Source: a virus. Taken from it: a DNA stretch of 64,000 bases. Both the position numbers and the translations under genes were made by a program. Under the pieces are notes generated by a model, which saw only the letters and a program-made list of their open reading frames with translations, made no database searches and was not told the origin of the DNA. The DNA is taken from IMG/VR virus record IMGVR_UViG_3300043409_001877, positions 32,001 to 96,000 of that record, one strand, 5' to 3'. Positions 21,937-33,000 of the stretch are shown piece after piece. Positions within the stretch are counted from its first letter, which is position 1. Every line of letters begins with the position of its first letter.

Positions 21937-22924
21937 TGCTAGTAAAAGTTTTTCCTTGTTCTTCAATTAATTCAAAATCGTTTGTACCAAGCATTTCAAC
22001 CCAATAACTAGCATGTTCTTTTTTATAAGCATCGATAGATTCTTTATTATCTAAAACAAATCCATGTGGAGTTGCGATAATTCGACCATCAGCATAACCC
22101 AAACCATTTACGTGGTTTTTCATTACGGTTACTTTTGTTCTTGTTGCAAATACAACTTTTCTACCATTCTTAGTAGCATCAATTTTTGATGTACCTGCAT
22201 TTTTTTGGTTACCAAATAAGAAAACCAAAGTTGAGTTTAACCAAAACGCATCACCACCTTTAGCTTTAATTCTTGGTTGTCCAAAAGGATTATCTGGTAA
22301 TTCAACCCATGGCTGATTAACAACCACCATTGTGTTAGTATATTTACTATCTTCTTTTCTAGTGCTATTAATACGTTGATTTAACCCCATACCAATCTTT
22401 TCAGCTAATACACCAGCGGTGTGTTGTTTACCACCTTTACCTTCATATGTCATTCTACATGGTACGGATCCAACGGAATCCCAGAAGAAACAAAGATCAT
22501 GAGGAATACTACCTTTAATTTGTTCATCTAAAAGCATGTTGATATAATCTGTGATTTGTTCAATATAAAAGAAATCATCACGATATAAGAAGTCACCATC
22601 CCACTCACCAGTCTCATTATTAAATTCACATTCCAATCCCATTAAAAATGCGTGAGAGAAATCCCATTTCTTTTCGGTAATGATAAAAACTGGAATCATA
22701 CCTTGTTGTTGTGCCGAGATAGCAGATTTAATCATGGCTGTGGTTTTACCAGTATCAGAGTGACCTAATAACATATTGATATGACCAACTGCTGGCCCTG
22801 GAATTCCAGCTGTTTCTAAAAATGCTTCTCCGCAATTTAAAAATTTATCAGCTTTATATTTTGTTGTTGTACTATATTTGTTTTTGATATCCTTAAAAGA
22901 ATAATCTTTTTTCTTTACTGCCAT
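21908..22924 (-). CDS. RecA/UvsX-like recombinase
   Basis: Walker A GHSDTGKTT, FIITEKK, FFWDSVGS, VVVNQ, KGG, KNH. Confidence 0.88.
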   Translation of the reverse strand: MAVKKKDYSFKDIKNKYSTTTKYKADKFLNCGEAFLETAGIPGPAVGHINMLLGHSDTGKTTAMIKSAISAQQQGMIPVFIITEKKWDFSHAFLMGLECEFNNETGEWDGDFLYRDDFFYIEQITDYINMLLDEQIKGSIPHDLCFFWDSVGSVPCRMTYEGKGGKQHTAGVLAEKIGMGLNQRINSTRKEDSKYTNTMVVVNQPWVELPDNPFGQPRIKAKGGDAFWLNSTLVFLFGNQKNAGTSKIDATKNGRKVVFATRTKVTVMKNHVNGLGYADGRIIATPHGFVLDNKESIDAYKKEHASYWVEMLGTNDFELIEEQGKTFTSNAKPQEEND

Positions 22925-22944
22925 ATTATTAATTTTTATTTATT

Positions 22945-22986
22945 AAAAAAAAGACACTATGGGTATATTACTACATCCATAGTGTC
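22945..22986 (-). terminator. Rho-independent terminator after the SSB gene
   Basis: 10-bp stem gacactatgg / ccatagtgtc, preceded on the plus strand by A8 (U-tract on the minus strand). Confidence 0.75.
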
Positions 22987-22999
22987 CTGTATTATTTTA

Positions 23000-23908
23000 T
23001 TAGAATGGTAAATCTTCAGTATCTAAACTGATTGGAGAGCCCATATCTTGTGGAACAGCCATCGGATTTGGTTCAGCGTATGTGGTGTCCTTTGTAGGTG
23101 CAACATAAGTGGTTGTACCACCCATGTCATCAGATTTAGCTACAAATTTTTTGCTTTCAGAATCCCAAGCTGGTTCAAATCCCTCAGCAACGATACGTAA
23201 AAACTCAATTGGTTTTTTCTTGTAAATGCTTTTCCAAGTCATTTCATCCGATAACCACGCTGTTGCATCATCTGGGTTTGTGCTTAATGGGCTAGTATCA
23301 TCCAACATAATTTGTGAAACTTTTGGAAAACCTTTAACAACATCACGAACTAAAGAGATTGTGATATCACGACCTTCAGCATCTGGTCTAAAAATAGCTC
23401 CAGCACCTGGTTTCTTGTTATCTAAATGTTTCATCAATGGAACTAATTTGTCCATGATACCTGAACCATCGTTCACTTTATTGAATCTCCAGAATTTAAC
23501 ACCCTCGTGTTCTTTTCCACGCTCAATACATCTGATGATATAAAAATCACGAGATCTGTAACTGTTAGCTAAGGTTTTGTCTTCTTTGTCACCATTGATA
23601 AGAATTTTGTACATGTCGTTAAGTGGTGACTCTTCGCCATCTTGGGCTGGATCGTAAAGTTTAGTCCAATTTTTACCTATCTTAAGGCTGTGGAACTTTC
23701 CGATCTCATACCATTTACCATTCGTGTCGATTGGTAAAATTCTGATAATTCTTTCTCCAGAGTTAACTTTGTCTGGTAGAATCAAAGTAAAGTACTTACT
23801 AAGATCCACTTCTTTTCTTTCCGAATTCGGTTTTGTGGTTTTTGCTTTTTCGTAATCAGCTAACGTGTTTTGAACAGCCTGATTCCAGTCGATGTTTTTG
23901 TAATCCAT
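23000..23908 (-). CDS. Single-stranded DNA-binding protein, T4 gp32-like
   Basis: IIRILP, GVKFWRF, EGRDITI pattern; acidic tail ending DTEDLPF; adjacent to the recombinase. Confidence 0.82.
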   Translation of the reverse strand: MDYKNIDWNQAVQNTLADYEKAKTTKPNSERKEVDLSKYFTLILPDKVNSGERIIRILPIDTNGKWYEIGKFHSLKIGKNWTKLYDPAQDGEESPLNDMYKILINGDKEDKTLANSYRSRDFYIIRCIERGKEHEGVKFWRFNKVNDGSGIMDKLVPLMKHLDNKKPGAGAIFRPDAEGRDITISLVRDVVKGFPKVSQIMLDDTSPLSTNPDDATAWLSDEMTWKSIYKKKPIEFLRIVAEGFEPAWDSESKKFVAKSDDMGGTTTYVAPTKDTTYAEPNPMAVPQDMGSPISLDTEDLPF

Positions 23909-23934
23909 AATATATATTTTTTTAAATTATGATA

Positions 23935-23965
23935 CAATATTACGAAAGAAAAATCAAAAAGTCAA
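23935..23965 (-). promoter_or_regulatory. Host-RNAP-type (early/middle) promoter for the ssb-recA replication block
   Basis: Minus strand TTGACT-N17-TAATATTG, near-identical to copies at 50263 and 55323. Confidence 0.7.
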
Positions 23966-23980
23966 GTGCCGAGTGAAAAA

Positions 23981-24262
23981 TTAATTAAATAATTGTCTTT
24001 TTGTTTTGGAACCCACTAATAAAACACCATATGTGCTTGCTGTAATATCAAGAGTGGCTATTGACGTTAGGTTATAAATAAAAGCACCAGGCATTCTTAC
24101 ATTGATACCATTAAGTAACATGTCGGTTGTATTTTCATATGCACCCAAAACAATCATTGAGTGGATATTATATGTGTGACCAGTATCACCAGAGTTTAAT
24201 GTTGAAGTATTAATACTTTCTCCTTGGTCTAATTTTACTACGTATTTTTCTGATTGTATCAT
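23981..24262 (-). CDS. Hypothetical protein
   Basis: 93-aa ORF with operon-like spacing. Confidence 0.55.
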   Translation of the reverse strand: MIQSEKYVVKLDQGESINTSTLNSGDTGHTYNIHSMIVLGAYENTTDMLLNGINVRMPGAFIYNLTSIATLDITASTYGVLLVGSKTKRQLFN

Positions 24263-24265
24263 ATC

Positions 24266-24991
24266 TTAAGATTGTTTAAATGGATTTTGAGCTGGCGGTG
24301 CAAAGCTATCTTTAACAACACCATCATTATAATCGTTCATAATAGTATCAAGCATATTCATCTTTGGACTATTTTCTAAATCGGTTTGTGTTTTAACACC
24401 TTGATTATTATTGTATTGGTCAATGGTTACACTATACGGATAAGAATCTTTAGTTAAAGCTTTTCTTCTTTCTTCTTCTGTTGGTGGTCTCATTAATTCG
24501 ACTTGTTTAGCCATAGCTTCCATTTTACCAATTAACGCATCCATCTTACCTAAGTTATTTTCAATAGTATCAAGTTTACCCATTAACGAATCCATCTTAG
24601 TTAAGTTACTCTCAATAGAGCTAATCTTACCTTTAATTTCATTAGTATCATTAACTAAATCAGTAACATCAACTTCAGTTACTTCTTCGTCACCCATAGG
24701 TGCTTCTGTACCATCTGTAGCTGGATTTTCAGTTCCCATATCTGGATCAGTTAAACCATCTGTACCTTCAGTACCATCAGTTGCAACGTCAGTAACAGGA
24801 GTCTCAGTTCCATCAACAGCAGCATCAACTGGTGGTGCATCGTCAATTGTAGTGTCATCAGTACCTGGTTCATCAGCTTCGTTATAGAATCTATAAGATC
24901 CTTCATCAAGAGTTAATTTATCTTGGTATGCTGTAATTGTTTTAAAACGTTTAATTTCGTTTTCCAATAGGGTGTTTAACTTTTTGCTCAT
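24266..24991 (-). CDS. Acidic coiled-coil protein, possible head-internal/scaffold-like protein
   Basis: LLENEIKRFK leader, D/E/T/P-rich disordered middle, heptad coiled coil. Confidence 0.45.
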   Translation of the reverse strand: MSKKLNTLLENEIKRFKTITAYQDKLTLDEGSYRFYNEADEPGTDDTTIDDAPPVDAAVDGTETPVTDVATDGTEGTDGLTDPDMGTENPATDGTEAPMGDEEVTEVDVTDLVNDTNEIKGKISSIESNLTKMDSLMGKLDTIENNLGKMDALIGKMEAMAKQVELMRPPTEEERRKALTKDSYPYSVTIDQYNNNQGVKTQTDLENSPKMNMLDTIMNDYNDGVVKDSFAPPAQNPFKQS

Positions 24992-25206
24992 CTTAAAAAG
25001 GCTTTTTTTGTATGACTTATAGGGGTTTCTTCTCTTAAAAGCTCTCTACCATCTTCAAGTACTAATTTTTTTTCGATTATTTTTCTTTCAATTAAACCAT
25101 CCGCTGTTTTAATATAACAAACGCCAGATTTCAAATCGCACACCTCTTCACCAACATTGGCATCATTACCAAGAAAATTAGCTATATTATTGTTTATATT
25201 GTCCAT
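24988..25206 (-). CDS. Small hypothetical protein
   Basis: 72 aa; TATTTAT motif 13 nt upstream; ATGA overlap with the next gene. Confidence 0.6.
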   Translation of the reverse strand: MDNINNNIANFLGNDANVGEEVCDLKSGVCYIKTADGLIERKIIEKKLVLEDGRELLREETPISHTKKAFLR

Positions 25207-25244
25207 AATTAGTTTTACTATAAATATCTGGGTTTTTATTAAAG

Positions 25245-28200
25245 TTAAGCTAATTTAGATAATGTTGAATTTAACGAAGTAAATAGCGCATCACCTTTAC
25301 CAGGATGTGCGGTACATAATGAAACATTACCCACAACCGTAAATCCTTTATTTTTAAAAACATTAATATAATTATTAATCTTATTAATCCAATACGGTTC
25401 AGTATTTGTTGCTGTTACTTTTAAATTAGGTTCCCAACCATAATTTCCGTTAATTATATATTTAGTCGCTTTAGGGAATTTTTGTTCAATTAAACCTATT
25501 AATTCAAGTTCTTTCGCATTACCACCACTTAAAGTCCAAAGACCATTAGACCCAATTGTTAATATCAGATTTTTCACATCAGGGAAAGTTGTATTCGTTC
25601 CTTTTAAAGCTGTTATTAACTCACCTATATGCCAACCGACAGTATCTAATTCTTTAGGAGATGATATTCTAGATATTGCTGGGTATATCGGGTCAATACC
25701 TTTAGCTAAAGAGTCACCAATTACAACAGTTTTACTATTAGCTGTGGCTGCTATTGGTGCCACAGAACCATTTCTGTAATATTTAAGAGCTGCTTGAACA
25801 TCAGCTGTATTAGTTGCTGCTCTATCAACACCATTGCCTCCGTAATAACTTTGATCAAACGCTACATTGTGGGTTCTACCTTTATCATCAGTCCATGTTG
25901 TTGGGTGCGGTACGCCAACACTACTCCATGTTTGTGCTATATCCATTGCCGCTTTATTTAAATTATCTTGAGTATCATCAACTTGTTTATTTAGATATTT
26001 AATAGTATTTGGTCGTAATAAAGCCATACCCAATTTATCTTGGTTTTCTGGGCTATATAAATCAGTGTTTGTTAAACCAGCATCTTTTAAATTACCTTTT
26101 AATGTTTTGCCTATTATTTGATATCTACCAGTAGCGTGTAGTCTACCAACACTGTCTTCAGCGTGTGATTGGAATTGAATTACTTCCCCTATTGTATATT
26201 GTGATAAGGGTTTTGCTAAACCAGTATACCTAGTATTTTTACCATCAGCAAAATAACTATGTAAAACATCACCAGATGTATAGTAATTATGATCATCATA
26301 TGTGTGAGACTCATGCGATAAAACTTTTTCGAATAATGCTGGATATTTTTGAATAGCTGTAAAAGCGCCAGTTGCATTTGGATCAAAATTATTAGCTCCA
26401 ATACTACTATTACCATTAACACCTTTTGGTTGATATTTTATAACACAAATATATTTTAAATCGGAAACTCTTGAACCATCCCCTTTGTTGTTACTAGGAT
26501 CTATTAGTCCACTCCCTTCTATTAATTTAAGTTCTCTGTTAAGAACAGTCTGACCAAGATTACCACCATACACAGATGCTTTTAAAGTAGTAGCCTCTTT
26601 TACGCAGTCGCAATGTGTTAAATCACCTCCCGTTATTTCACTAAGAGTTTTATTAATACTTTTGGAGCGAGTGTTACAAACCAAATCCCCAACTCTAACG
26701 GTTGCATTTGGATCTGACACATCGTAAGCTTGCCAAGCGTAATTTTTATCATCCCTACCTTTTAATATATATGTGTTATGGTTTATTGAAAAAGGAAATT
26801 CAACTCCAGATTTTTGCATAATAAAAGATATAAAAGCTGCTGACCAAGGTGAATCAGGGCTACCACAAGGGAAGTTTGCAATTGACGATCTTGCCGCTAT
26901 CCAATATTTTGTTAATGCAGCAATTACGATTGGGTTCTTACAATCCTCTTTTAATGCACTAGATTCCCATAATTTGTATTCCTCATCAATAACACCAACT
27001 ATTTTAGATATGTAACTATTTTGTTTATTTATATCTATACCAGATTTTGATGGTACGGAATCGGGTTCTGTTGTTGACGTTAGAGTATAATAATTATTAA
27101 GTGCTAAAGGTGACCACTTAATGCCACCGTAAACGTCTGTTTGAGCCCCGTGTTTTGTTGTAAAGAATGATATGTTCGGTTTGTATGTACCTAGGAATTT
27201 AATGCTAAGTTTTTCAGTTGTGGCTGCTTTTGTTTTATCTTTAATTAATGATCCTTGCGCAATTTTTATTGAGTCACACATAAATCTATAATCAACCCAA
27301 AACGTTAATTGATTATCTGGGTCGCTTAAATCATCATACTCTTTATCACCATAGCCACCAGGAAATTTTATTTCAAAATCTATACTAAATGAAAATGTTG
27401 GGTTGTCAGCTTTTAATTCGGGGTATGTAACTGGTATACCAATATTATTAAATATCGCTTTTTCAGCAAAATTAACATTAGCTTTTTGTTTTTTAGGTAA
27501 TTTATCCCAAGCAGCTTTTAAATTAACCGCATAATCATTTTTTTGTGAATAGCTAGAAGCGATAGACCCAGAGCTTTCTAATTTTGATGTTATAAAAGTA
27601 TTAAACGCATTTTCATCATAATCACCATTTGACTCTGTTAAAGCAAACTCCCAAAAAACATCATAAACGGTTTTTTCACTACCAGACGCTTCTTCTGTTG
27701 AATTAATATAATTACACCAACTTTGAAAACTTGTATACTCTGATAAACCATTACCACCACCTACTGCTGTTTTTGTTTCTGGTGTCACACCAATTAAGTT
27801 AACTTCCTTAAAAGAATTAATTGTTTTTTTGTTTGTTGGGTCAAACGTATTAAACACATCATAAATATCATACGTACCAGTAGCATCAAATTGTCTGGAA
27901 GCTGGCATGCCATCATCATATGATGTTAATATATGTTCAACAAAGAATGTGGTTTCTTTTATTGGTATTAGTTCTTTTGGTGGTGTAATTTCACTAGCTG
28001 ATGATGATAGTGTTATTTTTTCATTACCATCAACAAGACCAGTATCAACCCCTTTCATTGTACCAATTAAATCAGTGGGTTTCTCATTTGGTATAACCAT
28101 TTTAGTCGCATAACCTGAATCACTTACAATACCACTTAAAAACAGACCTAATGTACATTCAGGGTTAATTGTATATCCATTCCCAGATTCTTTAAATAAT

Positions 28201-30002
28201 TTAGATAATGATAATTTTTTACTACCATCATCATATCTAGGGTCAGCATATTCAGCTGTAAAATTCATTAAACCAACAGCAATAACTGGCATCGTTTTAA
28301 TTATTTCAGAGTGAATAGTTGTATTATTTTTAAAAGCTTTTGCTGTGTTATATAAAGTTGCTATAATACCTAAATTAGCAGCTGAAGCTTCAAGACTACC
28401 TGTGATTGAATATAAATAAGCTCCAATAATTTTTCTACCATCAAAATAATGAATTCTATTAGTACCATCTGTTAAGTATTGAGCGATATCACCGTAAGGG
28501 TTAATACTATTTTGAACTGTTTGTAATCTACCAGATGTATCAGGTTCACCCTGAATAGCAATTTGCTCAAAAGCCTTAACACTTTCCAGTATATTAGCTT
28601 TTTGTTGGCGCATTAAAGCTAACAATTGTTTTCTAACATCGTTTTTACTTATAATTGGTTGTCTAACCCCTTTAAAAGTTGTAACCATATTATTTGGTAC
28701 AATTTTATGAGTTACGTTTGTAATCCAATATGTACCATGAAATAAGGGAACGTTTCTTAAATAGAAGTATGTTAACGGTTGTATTGTTGCGTTACCTAAA
28801 CTGGTAACAGTGCACGTGTATGATCTTTTTTCTAATACGGGAAAAATATTTTTTGTTTGTGGTGTTACGCCTTTAGTGTTTACCAAATCAACCCAAGTTT
28901 TTATACTCTCTTCGGTATCAAAAAATTCGCTTGTATCTAACTGAACCCCATTAAACATTTGTTGGTTTTGTCTACCAAAGTCAACGGTAAAGCATGTGAT
29001 ATTTGAATCATTCATTTCATCTGGCGCATTCTCATTTAAAACTCTAACCTCATTGTTATTATCATGACCGACATCTAAACAGAAAGAATTTAAATAATCA
29101 TTTTTAACTTTATTTCTATCACTTAAACCAACCGTATCAGCTCTTGAAGTAATAGACCCTAATTGGTATATGTAGCCAGGTAACCCAGTTAACCCACCAA
29201 ATTTTACATTTCTTTTTTGTAAAATATCTTCACCAAATAAAGTTGTGTTAGTGTGGGTTCCAAATAAACTATCAACCACATTATATAAATCAGCATCGTT
29301 ATTAGTTAAATTAGATAGAGTACTATTTAAGTTTAAATAATTTGGTATTTGTTGTGGTATAAAACCGCTTTCCGTAGCTAAACCAGATAACAACCCAGAT
29401 AATGAACCTGTTGTTAAATTAACTACAGCTTGTTCTTTAGAATTTTTATTAACTTTTTCATCACCAATTACAACGGCAGTAAAATCTGTATAATAATTTT
29501 TATTGATGTAAGCTAAATTAGCCAACACTTTAGTTCCAATGTCATTATTACCTCTATCAACGACTGAAAATATTTGGTATAGATCGTATGATTTTGCACT
29601 TGTACCAGCAAAACATTCATCTGAGGTTAAAACACTATTATAAAATAATTCAATTTTATTTAAATTATCAAATTCTAATGTATTTAAATCTCTTATTTTT
29701 GATACAGCGTGAACTGGAACAGAACCATTAGTTTTTCTACTACCACCACCAACTCTATCATATAAACTTTTTATATTATAATATGTTGTTTTTTTAATAT
29801 CAGCCTCAAAATTTTCATACTTTGGTTTATTAACGTAACTTTCTTCGGAATTGGGGTCTGTTTTTAATTTATAGTATTCAGCAACACCATCAAGAAATGA
29901 ATTAATACCCGTTAAATTTGAATTTATCGTAGTTGTAACGAAATCCTGAAAGAATTTCTTATTCGTTAATTTTTCACCGTATGCCTCTAAAGCTGTTTTC
30001 AT
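25245..30002 (-). CDS. Baseplate hub C-terminal portion (gp27/gpD-like) fused to DUF2272/CHAP-like, lysozyme-like and SGNH hydrolase domains
   Basis: Hub: YTCTVTSLGNATIQPLTYFYLRNVPLFHGTYWITNVTHKI...TTFKGVR. DUF2272-like: PWSAAFIS...GDLVC...THCD...GGN. Lysozyme-like: HES...ATGRYQII...YSPENQD. SGNH: VVIGDSLA...GSN...HP. Confidence 0.7.
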   Translation of the reverse strand: MKTALEAYGEKLTNKKFFQDFVTTTINSNLTGINSFLDGVAEYYKLKTDPNSEESYVNKPKYENFEADIKKTTYYNIKSLYDRVGGGSRKTNGSVPVHAVSKIRDLNTLEFDNLNKIELFYNSVLTSDECFAGTSAKSYDLYQIFSVVDRGNNDIGTKVLANLAYINKNYYTDFTAVVIGDEKVNKNSKEQAVVNLTTGSLSGLLSGLATESGFIPQQIPNYLNLNSTLSNLTNNDADLYNVVDSLFGTHTNTTLFGEDILQKRNVKFGGLTGLPGYIYQLGSITSRADTVGLSDRNKVKNDYLNSFCLDVGHDNNNEVRVLNENAPDEMNDSNITCFTVDFGRQNQQMFNGVQLDTSEFFDTEESIKTWVDLVNTKGVTPQTKNIFPVLEKRSYTCTVTSLGNATIQPLTYFYLRNVPLFHGTYWITNVTHKIVPNNMVTTFKGVRQPIISKNDVRKQLLALMRQQKANILESVKAFEQIAIQGEPDTSGRLQTVQNSINPYGDIAQYLTDGTNRIHYFDGRKIIGAYLYSITGSLEASAANLGIIATLYNTAKAFKNNTTIHSEIIKTMPVIAVGLMNFTAEYADPRYDDGSKKLSLSKLFKESGNGYTINPECTLGLFLSGIVSDSGYATKMVIPNEKPTDLIGTMKGVDTGLVDGNEKITLSSSASEITPPKELIPIKETTFFVEHILTSYDDGMPASRQFDATGTYDIYDVFNTFDPTNKKTINSFKEVNLIGVTPETKTAVGGGNGLSEYTSFQSWCNYINSTEEASGSEKTVYDVFWEFALTESNGDYDENAFNTFITSKLESSGSIASSYSQKNDYAVNLKAAWDKLPKKQKANVNFAEKAIFNNIGIPVTYPELKADNPTFSFSIDFEIKFPGGYGDKEYDDLSDPDNQLTFWVDYRFMCDSIKIAQGSLIKDKTKAATTEKLSIKFLGTYKPNISFFTTKHGAQTDVYGGIKWSPLALNNYYTLTSTTEPDSVPSKSGIDINKQNSYISKIVGVIDEEYKLWESSALKEDCKNPIVIAALTKYWIAARSSIANFPCGSPDSPWSAAFISFIMQKSGVEFPFSINHNTYILKGRDDKNYAWQAYDVSDPNATVRVGDLVCNTRSKSINKTLSEITGGDLTHCDCVKEATTLKASVYGGNLGQTVLNRELKLIEGSGLIDPSNNKGDGSRVSDLKYICVIKYQPKGVNGNSSIGANNFDPNATGAFTAIQKYPALFEKVLSHESHTYDDHNYYTSGDVLHSYFADGKNTRYTGLAKPLSQYTIGEVIQFQSHAEDSVGRLHATGRYQIIGKTLKGNLKDAGLTNTDLYSPENQDKLGMALLRPNTIKYLNKQVDDTQDNLNKAAMDIAQTWSSVGVPHPTTWTDDKGRTHNVAFDQSYYGGNGVDRAATNTADVQAALKYYRNGSVAPIAATANSKTVVIGDSLAKGIDPIYPAISRISSPKELDTVGWHIGELITALKGTNTTFPDVKNLILTIGSNGLWTLSGGNAKELELIGLIEQKFPKATKYIINGNYGWEPNLKVTATNTEPYWINKINNYINVFKNKGFTVVGNVSLCTAHPGKGDALFTSLNSTLSKLA

Positions 30003-30020
30003 ATTTTATTTTTTTACAAT

Positions 30021-33000
30021 TTAAAGTTGTCTGCCTAAACCAGTAGGTTTCACCACACCACCACTATAAACATCCCCAAAACTAAAAGCAGATTCTTTAA
30101 TAATATCATTTACTTTTTTAGACTCTTCTTCTTTTAATCTTTTTTCTAATAATATTCTAACCCTTTCTTGCTCTTGTTCAACTGGTCTTACATATCTTTC
30201 AAATAAAACTGCGTGCTCAACCAAGGGATTGCCTGGTAAATATTCATCATTTAATACATCTAAATCAGCTAACACACGATAAACATAAGTTCTTATAAAT
30301 TTATTTAAAAAATAATACATGCTAGGAGTGTATTTAATATTTAAAAATTCAAAAAATTTTATAACAATTGTCGCATATAAATCAGTTAAATTAACATCAA
30401 TCACACCACGTTTAGTATTTGGGTCATACTTAGTAAATAATTTATTTACCATATATAAACCGTTTAAATAAATAATACCATCTTTTTCTGCTTTTGTAAC
30501 TGACGTATACGGTGCAATATATGTATCACCAAATAAAGCTTTTCTTGAAAAATATCTTATAGTATCAGTATCGTCAACAGTTTTTCCTAGGTCGGTGGCT
30601 ATTTCACTATAAGTCATTTTATTTGAAAATAATATTTCTGGTTGGGTTATTAAAGTATGTAATGATAAATCAGGTGTTGATTCATTATAATATATTGAAT
30701 TACTTGGTGAGTAATTCGTATGAACAATCGTGTCAGAGCAAAATTCATCAATAACAGAATATGTTTTATCTTTTTGTGATAAAGTTAAAGCGACATTTAA
30801 AAATTTAGATAAACCAATTTCAGCCATAAATTCGTAATTATACATTGAGTTACCAATTAAAGCCAAATTAATTTCTTCACCACTTAATTTTATACTTGTT
30901 TTGGGGTCTGTAAATTCTTTAATTTCATCATACGTAACAACAGATGATGCTAACATTAAACTTTTTAAGTTAAAACCTTTTTTAATATATGTTTCACTAC
31001 CAAATTTACAAAAATCTAAAAATAAACTTTTAAAATGAGTTAGTTGTGTAAAATTTAAAGAATCTAATAAATTAGCTATTTTAAATTGTTCAAAATAACC
31101 AGTTTTATCATACTCTATATTATCACTCACTGAGCTGACGTATAAATGATTTGTTTTAAAATAATTCCAACCATAAATATTTGAAGTTAATTCATCGATA
31201 CCAGATTTATTTTCGTAAATACCACCACCAAGAACACTATCCATAGCTAAATTTGAACCAACTTTAGTATTATCAAACCATAAAAATCTAGTTGTGTTTT
31301 TTAAAATGGTGTGATTATCAAAAGATGATGGATCATTAAGGAGTACCCCTCTATTAAATTCCTTATTCATTAAATATAAAGATTTATTTGGGTTATTTAA
31401 ATTTAAATTACCGTTTTTTGAATTGTATATACCAGTTAAAACATCTACTTTACTAACATCAAAATATAGATTTGTAACAACTTCAGATGTGAGAAAAGCG
31501 TTTGGGTGTAAAAAATCCATAGCCCAAGATAGGGCAGCAAGAGCTGTAGATGCGCCTTTGGGATCGCATAGTGTTAAATTTTTATATTCATCATCTTTAA
31601 ATTTATTGGCTTGGGCTAGACCAACTGTAGCATTTTCTAGGTCTGGATTGTAGGTTACTTTGTCATTTGAATCTTTATATAATAGTTCGGATAACTTTGT
31701 GATATTAGTATCGTTAATACCTCTTTGTATAAAATTTATATTACCTAATTTTAATCCAGAACCAGGGACATCAGATAACCATGGGCTATGTAATAAATAA
31801 TTTGGTGATATACTACCACCACAAGATGGGTATAATAAATATGATGCTTTATTATCAACTTTATTAAATTTATCACGAAAATTAATTTTTTCTAGTGTCC
31901 AAAGGTAACTCAGGAAATCAGTTAAACTATCTATTTGTTGTGTTAATGTGTTAAAACTAGAGTTTAATGTCTTATCTAAGGCTTCTGGTAAAACTGTTTG
32001 ATATAATGTGTGTGATGGTTTATCTATGGTATTAGTAGTTGCTCGGTACCCATAACTTAGTCTACAATCAACACTAAAAATATTGGGTATATCTAATTTA
32101 GAACCAGCAGCCCCATAAACACTATCATCTCTAATTAAATAAGATTTTGGGTTTTCATTTTTAAATGATGTAAAAAATACGTGTGAAACTAAAAAATATA
32201 AATCAAATAAATCAGTGGCTATAAGTGGCGCTACGGTTAATCTTCTAAAATCAGCGTTAAATTGTGAGTCAATATTTTTAACAGAAGATAATACAGTAAT
32301 AGCTTCTTTTAACGCTTTTTTATCAGCAATACTACCACTTAAAAAATTGGCTTTTAATTTTGAAAAAGCTATGAATGCTTTTATTATTGATTTTTGAGAG
32401 TTTGGATAAAAATTTGGGTCTAATTTTTCTGGGTGTTTTTTTAACCCATTTGTTGCATTACTTAACTCTGTCTTAATATCATCTATTTTATAATTAAAAT
32501 TACCAATATAACCATTTCTATAAAAAGCTGTAAATTCAATATCATTTGAATCATATGTTTTTATTGGTTTAATTATACCAGAATGTCCACCAGCAATAAC
32601 GTGTGGTTTACCATCGTTTTTTAAATCAGTTGTACCACTTAAATAATCACCAAACATAACTTTATTATAGTGATTTAAGAATTTATTTTGTATACCGTAA
32701 CCAACTGGTGGCATGGCAGACTTGTGTGGTATTGAAATTTTTTCTACAATATCTACTTTACCACCGTTTGTAATGTCGTACCCAGTTTTGATATCAAAAT
32801 CAGTTTCAAGATCAGATGCGTTAGTTTGCATAAAATCACCATAAACACTTCTGTTTAAAATCCTAACGGATGGGTAATACAATCTTTCCAATACTGGCAT
32901 TACACCACCAGTTGATCCGTATAGTGTAGGTCTCCTATATAGATCAACATGATTGTAAATATCATTACCTGTTTGTGTTGGATCATATTTTACTTTATCT

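Noticed and set aside
21908-21966. 59-nt recA/exonuclease overlap as a recoding site
   Set aside because: An in-frame ATG at 21936 just before the conserved LLIDG motif explains it as an ordinary short overlap.
15831-22924. Inteins or introns in nrdA, nrdB, helicase or recA
   Set aside because: The proteins are normal or compact in length with contiguous motifs; there are no intein termini or LAGLIDADG inserts.
30003-30023. Stop-codon readthrough joining the in-frame ORFs 30021..33533 and 25245..30002
   Set aside because: The 18-nt spacer contains a second in-frame TAA, and the downstream ORF has its own ATG with an A-rich leader.
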